DNA of 64,000 nt, from the NCBI GenBank assembly GCA_049325335.1, contig JBMOMC010000043.1, positions 402,633 through 466,632 of the forward strand, in the 5' to 3' direction. The notes below the pieces were generated by a model. That model did not search any database, was not told the origin of the DNA, and was given only the letters and a program-made list of their open reading frames with translations. The translations under genes were made by a program, and so were the position numbers. How positions within the stretch are numbered: position 1 is the stretch's first letter; every line of letters starts with the position of its first letter. The stretch is from Nitrospirota bacterium. Lineage in GTDB: Bacteria > Nitrospirota > Nitrospiria > 2-01-FULL-66-17. Below are positions 20,101 to 28,405 of the stretch, one piece after another.

Positions 20101-20929
20101 ACAACGCCTGTTTTACGAGCCCCAAATGAACGTGCGGGTGACGGAGCGTCTCACGCTGGAAAACCGGCTGCGCCGCGCCATCGACCGCGAGCAATTCCGA
20201 CTGCACTACCAGCCAAAATTCGACGCGCGGACCAAGGCGCTCAAAGGCGTGGAGGCGTTGATCCGGTGGGAGGACCCGGATCGAGGGGTGGTCGCGCCGG
20301 GCGCGTTTGTCCCGGTGCTGGAGGAGACCGGCATGATTTTGGAGGTGGGGCGGTGGGCCTTGGACCGGTCGCTCATGGACCTGCGCTCCTGGGCGGAGCG
20401 CGGCGCGGCCCCGCAGCGCGTGGCAGTGAACGTGTCGGCCTCCCAACTGCGTCAGCGGGATTTCGTGGACACCGTGCAGCGGACGATCGGGCGGTACACG
20501 GGCCACGGCGGGCTGCCGGGCGGCGGGTTGGATCTGGAGATCACCGAAAGCATGATCATGGACGACATCGAGCAGAATATTCCCAAGCTCAGGGCGCTTC
20601 GCGACATGGGCGTGAACATCCACGTGGACGACTTCGGGACCGGATACTCCTCGCTGCGCTACATCGGACGACTGCCGATCAACGGGGTGAAGATCGACCG
20701 TTCGTTCGTCAACAACATGACCACCAACCCTGACGACGTCACGATCGTGTCGATGATCATCTCGCTCGCGCACTCGTTGAATCTGACCGTGGTGGCCGAA
20801 GGGGTTGAGACCCCCGAGCAGCACAGCCTGCTGACCTTGCTCAAGTGCAACGAAGTGCAGGGCTTTCTCTTCAGCCCCGCGGTGCCGATGGAGCAACTCG
20901 CCGCGGAGTCTTCGTTGTTCAGCCTATAA
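17105..20929 (+). CDS. REC-PAS-PAS-GAF-PAS-GAF-GGDEF(degenerate)-EAL signalling protein
   Basis: Receiver (LEDD, LCDFSIPG), PAS/GAF repeats, YDVLTNLPNR, RLSADCF in place of GGDEF, EALIRW, DDFGTGYSSL. Confidence 0.92.
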   Translation: MTDIIRVLQLEDDATDAELIHRRLTHEGLYCEFVSVHNKDDFELALVSESFDVILCDFSIPGYDGMEALRTASRAAPDVPVVMVSGVLDEGAAVACVKAGATDYVFKERLQRLGPAVSRVLREAEEHRKRRAAEQAVRESERFLRACLNALAAHVAVLDEDGAILTVNAAWRQCADAHGAAWFRPGEGANYLDVCEQVEGDYAEPARALARGIRDVAAGRRDEVVAELRYPGSADVRWFLCRVGRIPGVAPMRVVLTQEDITLVKEGQAEVERAKERFETLAEASPAGIFQADPEGRCVYVNTRWLTFTGMTLEAALGDGWVGAVHGDDRERIQAAWARSVSAQQASQEEFRFRSPDGRVTWVDSRALPLRDHTGRFVGYVGSMSDVTKRRQTEEALRTIQVASARGSDVEFHVYLVQRLVEILGVEFGFVGVLADDKGERLRTLAWWRDGRLAANVEFAVAGTPCEGGVDRRAAIVPADLPQRFPDASMLIDLGAVSYAGVPLFGQRGQSLGLIAVMSRGPLASPDLVEGILNLLAVPAAREIERRRSEQQFRDLFEFSPEAAIMADRDGVIRLMNRQAEQLFGYDQTDLRGRPIEWLVAESARPALADLRRRCLPAGGSRALAADRPTLAAARKDGEVFPAEFALGPLETVEGPAVLAVVRDMTASRRHEERMATLSRIHTVLSSMNSAMLRIRDRRELFDETCRIAVEQGGFPLAVVAVPVPGTAQLTAAACRRADTGASRSDVAAFPIEEGVSGVAGAAWQDTRVVLWHDQGADAAPDLRSQAAFPLTVGDTVQGVLVLYATAPGFFDGEAVKLLRTLAGDISFALDRIRNEERLDRLASYDVLTNLPNRTLFLERSNQILSLAYGEGKASVLIVMDIERFRQVNDSLGRHAGDMLLQSLGLRLKADVSESAVVSRLSADCFALLVPGVSGEADAAKLCEDLIARTVRQPFELEGNEYHLAARAGLAMAPTNGTDAETLLKNAEAALSRAKHSGEQRLFYEPQMNVRVTERLTLENRLRRAIDREQFRLHYQPKFDARTKALKGVEALIRWEDPDRGVVAPGAFVPVLEETGMILEVGRWALDRSLMDLRSWAERGAAPQRVAVNVSASQLRQRDFVDTVQRTIGRYTGHGGLPGGGLDLEITESMIMDDIEQNIPKLRALRDMGVNIHVDDFGTGYSSLRYIGRLPINGVKIDRSFVNNMTTNPDDVTIVSMIISLAHSLNLTVVAEGVETPEQHSLLTLLKCNEVQGFLFSPAVPMEQLAAESSLFSL

Positions 20930-21075
20930 AGACGGTGCGCCGGTTAACCGGGTGGCCGTGCCGAGGGAATTGCCAGCCCGAGAAAATACGGTATCGTTTC
21001 TTCTGTTGACCGGCTTTCCCGCCCGGATTGTGGTGGGTCGGAACGCGGAGAGCAGGTCGGCACGAAGGGAGGCTG

Positions 21076-22098
21076 ATGCCGTACACAACATTTTCCCATG
21101 GTGGGTTGTTCGGGTTTATTGATCAGCCGCTCACGCTTCTCTCCTTTTTTAAGTGGTTCGAGATCCTGTCCGTGGCCGGGCTCGTCGGCTTTTTCGGATT
21201 TTGGCTCCTCGTGCTGCGACCCACCTTACGTCCGTTGCCGGACTACGCGATGCAGTCGCCGCTGCGGATCAAGGTGCGGCGGCTGTTTGCGCTCTGGTGG
21301 GGCGCGTTTCTGCTCCTGGTCTTTCTGTCGGCGAACGCGAGTTCCGCCTTTCAGACCATCCGCATGTCCGGAGGCTCGGTGGAGACCGCGATGGCGTCGT
21401 GGAAGATCGTTCTTCTTCAGACGCCGGTAGGATGGGGCTGGATGCTGAAAATGGCGGCCATTGTGTTGCTCTTGGTCCTGTGGGTGTTCCGGCGCACCCC
21501 GGGCCGGGTGTGGCTCGCGCTGGCGGTGGGACTGTTTCTGTGTTACAGCGTCAGCTCCGGCGGACACGCGCTTGACCAGGGATACGTCTCTTGGTTGTTT
21601 GTGACCGACGGATTTCATATCTTTGCGGCGAGCCTGTGGGTGGGCGGCCTCGTGATGTTGTTTTTATTCGGGCTCCCGATACTCAAACTGGTCAAGGACA
21701 ACGACGCGTGCGCCCTGTTGACCGGGTGGCTGGAACGGTTCGCAGGCGTTGCGGCGCCGGCGGTGCTAGTCCTGATTGTGACCGGGATGTACAGCGCGTG
21801 GACGCGAATCCCGAACGTTGAGTCGCTGTCGGCCACGCCTTACGGCGGAACCATGGTGTTCAAAGTGGCGCTGGTCGGGCTGACGGTGGGAATCGGAGGG
21901 CTCAGCCGGTTTTATATCCTGCCCAACCTTCGCAAGCTCAGACTGAAAATGAGTGATGAAGTGGTTGCGTCCGGTAGACTCCGACAGCGCTTTTGGGCAT
22001 TTATCGGCGTGGAAGCCGCGATTGCAATCCTCATTGTCATCGTCGCGGCCGCCGTTCTCACCCAACTTCCCCCGCCGTACTGGTTCGTGGCGCAATAA
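21076..22098 (+). CDS. CopD-family inner membrane protein
   Basis: SGGHA, HIFAASLWVGGL, TPYG..MVFK; multi-TM; GGAGG RBS. Confidence 0.82.
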   Translation: MPYTTFSHGGLFGFIDQPLTLLSFFKWFEILSVAGLVGFFGFWLLVLRPTLRPLPDYAMQSPLRIKVRRLFALWWGAFLLLVFLSANASSAFQTIRMSGGSVETAMASWKIVLLQTPVGWGWMLKMAAIVLLLVLWVFRRTPGRVWLALAVGLFLCYSVSSGGHALDQGYVSWLFVTDGFHIFAASLWVGGLVMLFLFGLPILKLVKDNDACALLTGWLERFAGVAAPAVLVLIVTGMYSAWTRIPNVESLSATPYGGTMVFKVALVGLTVGIGGLSRFYILPNLRKLRLKMSDEVVASGRLRQRFWAFIGVEAAIAILIVIVAAAVLTQLPPPYWFVAQ

Positions 22099-22118
22099 TC
22101 CGAGACGCTGGGCGAGGT

Positions 22119-23102
22119 TTACCGCGCGGTCGGGCGTTTTTTGCCCAGGGCCTCGATCACCCCCGCGGCCAGCAGCGGAAACATGATCTCGTGGTGGCCG
22201 GTCAACGTGTAGCCGCGGCCGCCGGCTTGGGTGGGGCGGCGAACCACGTTGGTGACGGGGCGGTAGTGTTGGGTGAAGTCCATGTTCACGGTGGTGAACT
22301 TGACCACGCGGTGTCCGAGGTTTCTGGCGATCGTCACGGCTTTGAGGAAGACCTCGGGCAATAAGACGGCTGATCCCAGGTTGAGGTACACGCCGCCTTC
22401 GAGACGCGCCACCACGGCGGTGAGACGTTGAAAGTCCTCCAACGACGTGGCGCCGATCGCGGCGCCGTCGGCCGAAGGGTGCATGTGGATGATGTCGGTG
22501 CCGATCGCCACGTGCACCGTGGCCGGGATCCCGAGCCGGTCGGCGGTGGCCAGCAGGCTCGTGGATTTGTACGGGAACGTGCCGCGGTTGATCAACTCGC
22601 CCACGGTCTGCCCCATGCCGATGCCGCGTTTGGCGCCGTCCGCGATGGCGGCGTTGAGTAGCTCGGCGGTGTCGCGCGCCATGCCGAAGCTGCCGTCGTC
22701 GATACCGGCTTCGACTTCTTCAGACGTCTTGCCGACCAAGGCCAGTTCCAGGTCATGGATGATTCCGGCGCCGTTCATGGCCAGGCCGGAGATCACGCCG
22801 CGTTTCATGAGATCGATCAGGATCGGGTTTAACCCGACCTTGATCGGATGCGCGCCCATGCCCACGATCACGGGTTTGCGAGCGCGGTGGGCGGACACGA
22901 TGTCGGTGATCACGGTTTTGAGCGTGCGGGCCGCGAGGATATCGGGTAACGCGTCGAGAAAGCGGGCGAAGCTGCGGCCGGTGCGATGCGGTTTGGCCAC
23001 GTCGGCCACGCGGACTTTACTCGGCCGCGATTGCGTGGCGTAGGTCTTGATCCGCGAAAAGTCGAGCGGAGGAAACGAGGAGGTTCGGCGAGAGCGTGTC
23101 AC
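22119..23102 (-). CDS. deoxyhypusine synthase-like protein (GSU2086-like family)
   Basis: GMGAHPIKVGL, AMNGAGIIHD, HVAIGTDIIHMH, NLGSAVLLPEVFLKA, GHHEIMFPLL. Confidence 0.75.
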   Translation of the reverse strand: MTRSRRTSSFPPLDFSRIKTYATQSRPSKVRVADVAKPHRTGRSFARFLDALPDILAARTLKTVITDIVSAHRARKPVIVGMGAHPIKVGLNPILIDLMKRGVISGLAMNGAGIIHDLELALVGKTSEEVEAGIDDGSFGMARDTAELLNAAIADGAKRGIGMGQTVGELINRGTFPYKSTSLLATADRLGIPATVHVAIGTDIIHMHPSADGAAIGATSLEDFQRLTAVVARLEGGVYLNLGSAVLLPEVFLKAVTIARNLGHRVVKFTTVNMDFTQHYRPVTNVVRRPTQAGGRGYTLTGHHEIMFPLLAAGVIEALGKKRPTAR

Positions 23103-23153
23103 CGAGGGACAATCACACGCGGTCGGGCGCGCCGGGGTCCGACGGAGGAGGCG

Positions 23154-23732
23154 TCACCGATTCGGGGGAAACAGGGCGTCTTCCACCAATTCGCACAACA
23201 CGTGCGCCAGGGTGATGTGGGTTTCTTGAATGCGCGGCGTACTGTTGGACGGTACGATAAACGCGTAGTCAACCATGGACGCCAGCTTGCCGCCGTCCTT
23301 GCCGGTGAAGGCGATGGTCACCATACCCAGCGGTTTTGCCGCTTCCACGCCGCGCAACACGTTCGGCGAGTTGCCGCTGGTGCTGAGCGCGATGGCCACG
23401 TCGCCTGTGCGGCCGAACGCGCGCACTTGACGCGAAAAGAGTTCTTGAAAGTCGTAGTCGTTGCTGATGCTGGTCACAACCGATGGATCGGACGCCAACG
23501 CGATGGCGGGGAGGCCGTCCCGGTCGCGGTTGAAGCGATTGACCAATTCGCCCGCGATGTGGGAGGCGTCGGTCGCGCTGCCGCCGTTTCCGAACAACAA
23601 CACCTTGTGGTCTTTTTTATACGCGGCGACGATGGTGTCGGCGACCTCGGCGATCCGGTTCTCGTACCGCGTGAGAAAGGCCTCTTTTACCGCGATGCTG
23701 TCTTGAAACGACCGTCGAATGCGTTCGATCAT
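23154..23732 (-). CDS. gmhA: phosphoheptose isomerase
   Basis: FGNGGSATDASH, SNDY, LSTSGNSPNV, TPRIQETH. Confidence 0.95.
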   Translation of the reverse strand: MIERIRRSFQDSIAVKEAFLTRYENRIAEVADTIVAAYKKDHKVLLFGNGGSATDASHIAGELVNRFNRDRDGLPAIALASDPSVVTSISNDYDFQELFSRQVRAFGRTGDVAIALSTSGNSPNVLRGVEAAKPLGMVTIAFTGKDGGKLASMVDYAFIVPSNSTPRIQETHITLAHVLCELVEDALFPPNR

Positions 23733-23831
23733 GGCGAGATCGGGATGGTTGTGAGGATGGCTGCCGCGCGGGACATCTTATGCGCGCGTCTTTTGAGTTG
23801 TCAAGGCACGGGCGCGCGGGTATGATCTGTC

Positions 23832-25268
23832 GTGCGGCGCGCGCACGGATGGGCGCGTCGCCCGTACATGATCGACATCGTACCCTCTCACACGTGGTGG
23901 ACGGCGGCGCGCTGGGCGCTGGGCGTCTCCGGCGCGGTGGTTGCCGGCGCCGCGGCCTGCTCGTGGTCCTGGCGGGTGGTTCGTCGCGCGGTGTTGACCC
24001 GCCGGGATACCCGCGTGGCCGGCGCACGTGTCATCGTCGAGACCCTGATGGCCCGGGACGGCGCCGCCGCGCCCGTTGTCCTCCCGAGCGTTGTTCTCTC
24101 CGACGTGTTCCTGGACCGCTTCGCCGACGTGTTCGACCGCGCGCCGGATTCCGTTCGAGTCCGACTGGCGGCACATGCCGAACAATTCGGCTACCCGGAT
24201 CACTTTCGCGCGTTGAGTCGGAGCCCGTGGGCTCGGCGGCGCCTGCGCGCCGCGCGATGGCTGGGGCGCTTGCGGCACCGGGACGGGGTCGCGGATGTGG
24301 TCCGATTGACCCACGATCGGTCCGTACGCGTGCGGACCGCGGCCGTGGCCGCGCTCGGGCCGACGCGAGATGCGCGCGCGGCGGCCGCGCTGGCCGAACT
24401 CCTGGACGGCCTGGCAACCGGAGGGCCGCGTCGCACAGTACCGGTCCACGTGTTGACGCGGGCGCTTGCGGCGCACGGGGAGGACGGCACCGCGCTCGCG
24501 TTGGCCCGATTCCGGAGTGCTTCCGCCGCGGTGCGGGCCGCGGCAGCCGACGTGCTGGCGAGCGCGTCCACCCCGAACCCCGCCGTGCGCGACGCGCTCC
24601 AATCCGCGCTGAATGACCCGGACGGCGAGGTCCGAGCCCGCGCGGCCAAGGCCATCGGCGCCCTCGGGGACGCGGGCGCGGTGGGTTCGCTGGTCACGGC
24701 CTTGGCCGATCCGGTGTGGTTCGTCCGGCTTCAGGCCGCGAAGGCGATCGGCGCGTTGGCGCAGGCGCGGGCGGTGCGCGCGCTCATGACCGCGTTGACC
24801 GACGAGGCGTGGCAAGTGCGCGCGGCCGCGGCCGACGCGCTCCGACGGGTGGGCGCGCCGGCGGTGTCCGCGTTGGCCGAGTGCCTGTTGGAGAGTCGGG
24901 ACCGCTATGCAAAAGAACAAGTGGTGGAAGAATTGCAGCGTACGCCGTGGGTCCTCGATCAAATCGAGGCGTTGGACGGGGCGCAGGCCGACGCAACCTT
25001 CGCGGCACAGCGTTTCCTGCGGGAAATGGCGCGCCACGGGGCCACGTCGGTGCTGCTCGACGCGCTCCGACGTCACCCCCGCGCGGGAGTGCGGCGCCGG
25101 CTGGCGGCCGTGCTGGGCGTGGTGGACGCGCCTCGGGTGATCGCGGCGCTCCACGACCTGGCGGAACATGATCGCGACGCCGGCGTCCGCGAGGCGTCGC
25201 GTCGCGCGCTCACGGGCCGCCCGAATCGTTCATTCGGCCGGCGCCCCGACCAGGAGCGCGCGGCGTGA
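23832..25268 (+). CDS. membrane-anchored HEAT-repeat protein
   Basis: N-terminal TM helix, multiple L.D....VR..AA.ALG repeats; start is 23832 or 23868. Confidence 0.85.
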   Translation: MRRAHGWARRPYMIDIVPSHTWWTAARWALGVSGAVVAGAAACSWSWRVVRRAVLTRRDTRVAGARVIVETLMARDGAAAPVVLPSVVLSDVFLDRFADVFDRAPDSVRVRLAAHAEQFGYPDHFRALSRSPWARRRLRAARWLGRLRHRDGVADVVRLTHDRSVRVRTAAVAALGPTRDARAAAALAELLDGLATGGPRRTVPVHVLTRALAAHGEDGTALALARFRSASAAVRAAAADVLASASTPNPAVRDALQSALNDPDGEVRARAAKAIGALGDAGAVGSLVTALADPVWFVRLQAAKAIGALAQARAVRALMTALTDEAWQVRAAAADALRRVGAPAVSALAECLLESRDRYAKEQVVEELQRTPWVLDQIEALDGAQADATFAAQRFLREMARHGATSVLLDALRRHPRAGVRRRLAAVLGVVDAPRVIAALHDLAEHDRDAGVREASRRALTGRPNRSFGRRPDQERAA

Positions 25269-26644
25269 TCAACGCGGCGGTGTCGGCCGCCGCGGGGCTG
25301 TTCGCGGGGTACGCCGTGGTCATCGCGCTCGGCGGTCTGGCGTTGGCGTTCTCCGCCGCCTGGGTCGTGCTCCGTCACGGACGCGAGGCCGCGCTCGGGG
25401 CGGGTGATCCGTCGTTCGGGGGGCGCGCGGTCCCTCCCGTGTCCGTGGTGCTCACGGTGACCGACGAGGACCGGGACATCGGCGAACGGCTCGACGCATT
25501 GGCCGCGTTGGAGTACCCGGCGTTTGAACTCGTGGTGGTGTCCAACGGACCGATCGCGCCGGACCTGGCGCGAGCTATGACCCGCTTACACACGCAGCCG
25601 GTGGATCTGATCTACCGCCCGTTGATCAAGACCGGGCGGATCATGGGGTGTTACCACAGTCCGACCGCCTCGAATCTGATCGTCCTTGAAAAGGAACGCG
25701 GCGCGATCGCGGACGCGCTCAACGCGGGCATCAACGCGGCCCGCAGCCCGTATGTCTGCCTGGTTGAGCCGCGCACGTGGCTGGATCGCTCCGCGCTCGC
25801 GCGCCTCATGGGCCCGATGCTCGAAGATCCCGAACGGGTGGTCATGACCGCGGGAATCGCGCGCGTGATGAACGGGAGTTCGGTGCGCGACCATGACGTG
25901 GCGGTGGGCGAATGCCCGTCACATCCCGCTGTGGCGTGGTCCGTGTTGACCGGGCTGCGCGGCGCGTTGTTCGCGGCGGGCGCGAGCCCCATCTTGGGCG
26001 CCGGCGTCGGGCTGCGCGGCGCGGTGGTGGTTCATCGGAAGGAGGCGCTTCGCGTGGACGGGGTGCCGTCGGAGGGCGCGGCCGGAGATCTTGTCGTCGT
26101 GTCCTGGACCCGCGCGGGGCGTCGCTCGGCGTTCGTGCCGCTCCCGGTGGCGTGGATGGTCGCGCCCGCGACGTTCGCGGGGCTCGCGGCCGCGCACCGC
26201 CTCCACGCCGCGGCCGCGTTCGCCGCGCTGCGGGCGTTGTGGAGTCGGGCTGGGCGCCGAGAAGCCCACGGGGTCATCCGGCACGCGGCCCGTTTGGGTC
26301 GCCACGCGTGGACGCTGGCCGCGCCGCTCGACGTGGCCGCGCTGGTGGTGGCGAGCGCGGCGTTCGGGTTGGGCGCGCGCGATTTTACGCTCCTCCTCAC
26401 GGTGTGGATGAGCGTGTTGGTGGGACGCACCGCGGCCTCCTCGGCCGCGATTTTGCTCCATGACGTGACCCCCAAGCGGTATCCGTCGTCGTGGGACGTG
26501 GCGCGGTTGTTCCTCGCCGTGGTGTTCGATCTGACGGTCGGGCGGTTGCTGGCCCTGTGGTGGACGGTCTCGGCCGCGCCGTGTCGGCGTCGCGCCGGCC
26601 CGCCCCCGATGTCAACGCCCGCAACCGCCGAAACCGGCGGGTAA
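25265..26644 (+). CDS. GT2 glycosyltransferase-like membrane protein with degenerate catalytic motifs
   Basis: Scaffold motifs ALEYPAFELVVV, ADALNAGINAA, FVPLPVAW are present; DxD, GED and QxxRW are replaced. Confidence 0.8.
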   Translation: MINAAVSAAAGLFAGYAVVIALGGLALAFSAAWVVLRHGREAALGAGDPSFGGRAVPPVSVVLTVTDEDRDIGERLDALAALEYPAFELVVVSNGPIAPDLARAMTRLHTQPVDLIYRPLIKTGRIMGCYHSPTASNLIVLEKERGAIADALNAGINAARSPYVCLVEPRTWLDRSALARLMGPMLEDPERVVMTAGIARVMNGSSVRDHDVAVGECPSHPAVAWSVLTGLRGALFAAGASPILGAGVGLRGAVVVHRKEALRVDGVPSEGAAGDLVVVSWTRAGRRSAFVPLPVAWMVAPATFAGLAAAHRLHAAAAFAALRALWSRAGRREAHGVIRHAARLGRHAWTLAAPLDVAALVVASAAFGLGARDFTLLLTVWMSVLVGRTAASSAAILLHDVTPKRYPSSWDVARLFLAVVFDLTVGRLLALWWTVSAAPCRRRAGPPPMSTPATAETGG

Positions 26645-26652
26645 TGCGAGCC

Positions 26653-27822
26653 TCACTCTCCGGCGTCTGAATGTGCGCGGCGCGCCCGGGCCGTGGTGAG
26701 CAGGTGCCGAGCGGCCAAGATCAGTCCTCCCGCGGCCGCGACCGCGCTGACCCCGAACAAGGCGGACGCGCCCCAGCGCGCGTACAACGCGCCGTTAAAG
26801 AGCGAACTGGCGGCCGAGCCCACGCCGTAGGCCAGGCTGCTGTAGAGGGTCTGTCCCGTGGCGCGCAACGACGGGGGCGCGGTACGGTGCACCAGCGTGA
26901 CGGCTGCCACGTGAAACGCGCCGAAGGTGAGCGCGTGCAGCGCCTGTGCCGCGACCAATCCTGCGGTCCCCGGGCTCGCGCTCATCACCCCCCAGCGCGC
27001 GACCGCGGCCGCGAACGAGAGCGCGAACAAGGTCTCGGCGCTGATCCACGACATCACGCGCGCCGACCAGAACATGAACAGGATTTCGACCACCACGCCC
27101 ACGGACCAGAGCGCGCCGATCGCCGAGGCGGACCATCCGCGGCCTTCCAGCGCGATCGAAAAAAATCCGTAATACATCCCGTGGCTGAACTGCATGAGCA
27201 GACACGCGGCGTAAAACGTCCACAACGGCCGTAGACCGCGCCACGCGCGCGGTCGCAGCTCCGCGGGGTCCGGCGCGCCGCGCGTGGCGGGGAATCCGCA
27301 CGCGGCCAGCGCGGCCGCGGCGTATCCGGCGAGCACGCCGTAGAGGATCACGCGGTCCGATTGGGCCGCCTTGAGCCACGCGCCCATCGCCAAGGTGGCC
27401 GCGACGAATCCGACCGACCCCCACAGTCTGATCCGACCGTAGTCAAAACGTTTGAGCCGGTCCACGGTCTCCAAGGTGGTGGCTTCCACCAACGGGAGGA
27501 CCGGGGCCCAAACAAACGCAAAAACGACCATAACCGCCAACACGCTCCAAAACGTGGTGGTGACGAGGAATCCGGCGAACGCGAGCGTGGTGGCGACCGA
27601 CATGGCGATAATCAGCCGCCGCCCGCCGCCCGACCGGTCTGCCACGAGCCCGAAGCCGGCGGGCACGAGGATTTTGAGCAGCGGCGGCATGGCGGCGAGC
27701 AGCCCGATCTGCCACGGGGTAAAACCCAGGTGCAGGAGGTAGAGGTTAAAGTAGGGGAGAAAGACTCCGAGCGCCGCGAACGACGCGAAGTAGAACGCGG
27801 TCAGCGCCAGGGCGGCCTGCAC
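26653..27822 (-). CDS. MFS transporter
   Basis: About 12 TM helices; YGRIRLWGSVGF, QALHALTFG. Confidence 0.9.
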   Translation of the reverse strand: MQAALALTAFYFASFAALGVFLPYFNLYLLHLGFTPWQIGLLAAMPPLLKILVPAGFGLVADRSGGGRRLIIAMSVATTLAFAGFLVTTTFWSVLAVMVVFAFVWAPVLPLVEATTLETVDRLKRFDYGRIRLWGSVGFVAATLAMGAWLKAAQSDRVILYGVLAGYAAAALAACGFPATRGAPDPAELRPRAWRGLRPLWTFYAACLLMQFSHGMYYGFFSIALEGRGWSASAIGALWSVGVVVEILFMFWSARVMSWISAETLFALSFAAAVARWGVMSASPGTAGLVAAQALHALTFGAFHVAAVTLVHRTAPPSLRATGQTLYSSLAYGVGSAASSLFNGALYARWGASALFGVSAVAAAGGLILAARHLLTTARARRAHSDAGE

Positions 27823-27870
27823 CGGGTCACGCGGCTTTCGCGCGGCGCGCGCCGCGATGCGGGGACACGG

Positions 27871-28206
27871 TCAGGACGGGGACGCCCCGCCCTCGAACCG
27901 GATCACGAGACGATCCACCACCTCCCCGCGCCCGATGTGCCGGTCCATGACCTCCAACACGTCCGCCTCGGTGCGCAGCCGGTACCACACGCCCTCGGGG
28001 TAGATTACGACCACCGGGCCATATTCGCACGCGTCCAGACAGCCAGCCTTGTTCGCGCGAACCTGGGCCTGAAGCCCGCGGCGTTTCACCTCGGATTTGA
28101 ACAGTTCCTGCAAACGCTCCGACCCCTTGGCCGCGCAACTGCCCTTGGGGTCGTCCGCGGTGCGCTGATTGATGCACGAGAAAATATGAAACCGGTACCG
28201 AGACAT
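27871..28206 (-). CDS. thioredoxin-like [2Fe-2S] ferredoxin
   Basis: HIFSCINQR...SC...AGCLDACEYGPVVVIYPEGVWY; GGAGG RBS. Confidence 0.92.
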   Translation of the reverse strand: MSRYRFHIFSCINQRTADDPKGSCAAKGSERLQELFKSEVKRRGLQAQVRANKAGCLDACEYGPVVVIYPEGVWYRLRTEADVLEVMDRHIGRGEVVDRLVIRFEGGASPS

Positions 28207-28405
28207 CCGTCCCTCCGCGTCAAAGTGGGGCGGATTATAGCACGGCAGATCACTCTTCCCCAGTGCGAGAGACCGAGGTGTCCATGCGAACAAGGCCTGC
28301 CCTGCCGCTTGGTTTCGGTCGGTCTTCGCGGGTTCCGGGATCGGATTGTATTGGGTTGCGTCGGGTTCGCCTCCGGTCCCGGCTCTGTGGTAGCATGCCG
28401 GCGCC

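Noticed and set aside
17441..20896. 1151-aa antisense ORF, and many other long shadow ORFs (e.g. 8492-9919, 23778-25169)
   Set aside because: They mirror well-supported genes in high-GC DNA and have no recognisable motifs.
28207..28400. 6S RNA or other ncRNA near the 5-FTHF cyclo-ligase gene
   Set aside because: Only a modest hairpin and divergent promoters are present; there is no 6S-like long rod, and rarA separates the region from the cyclo-ligase gene.
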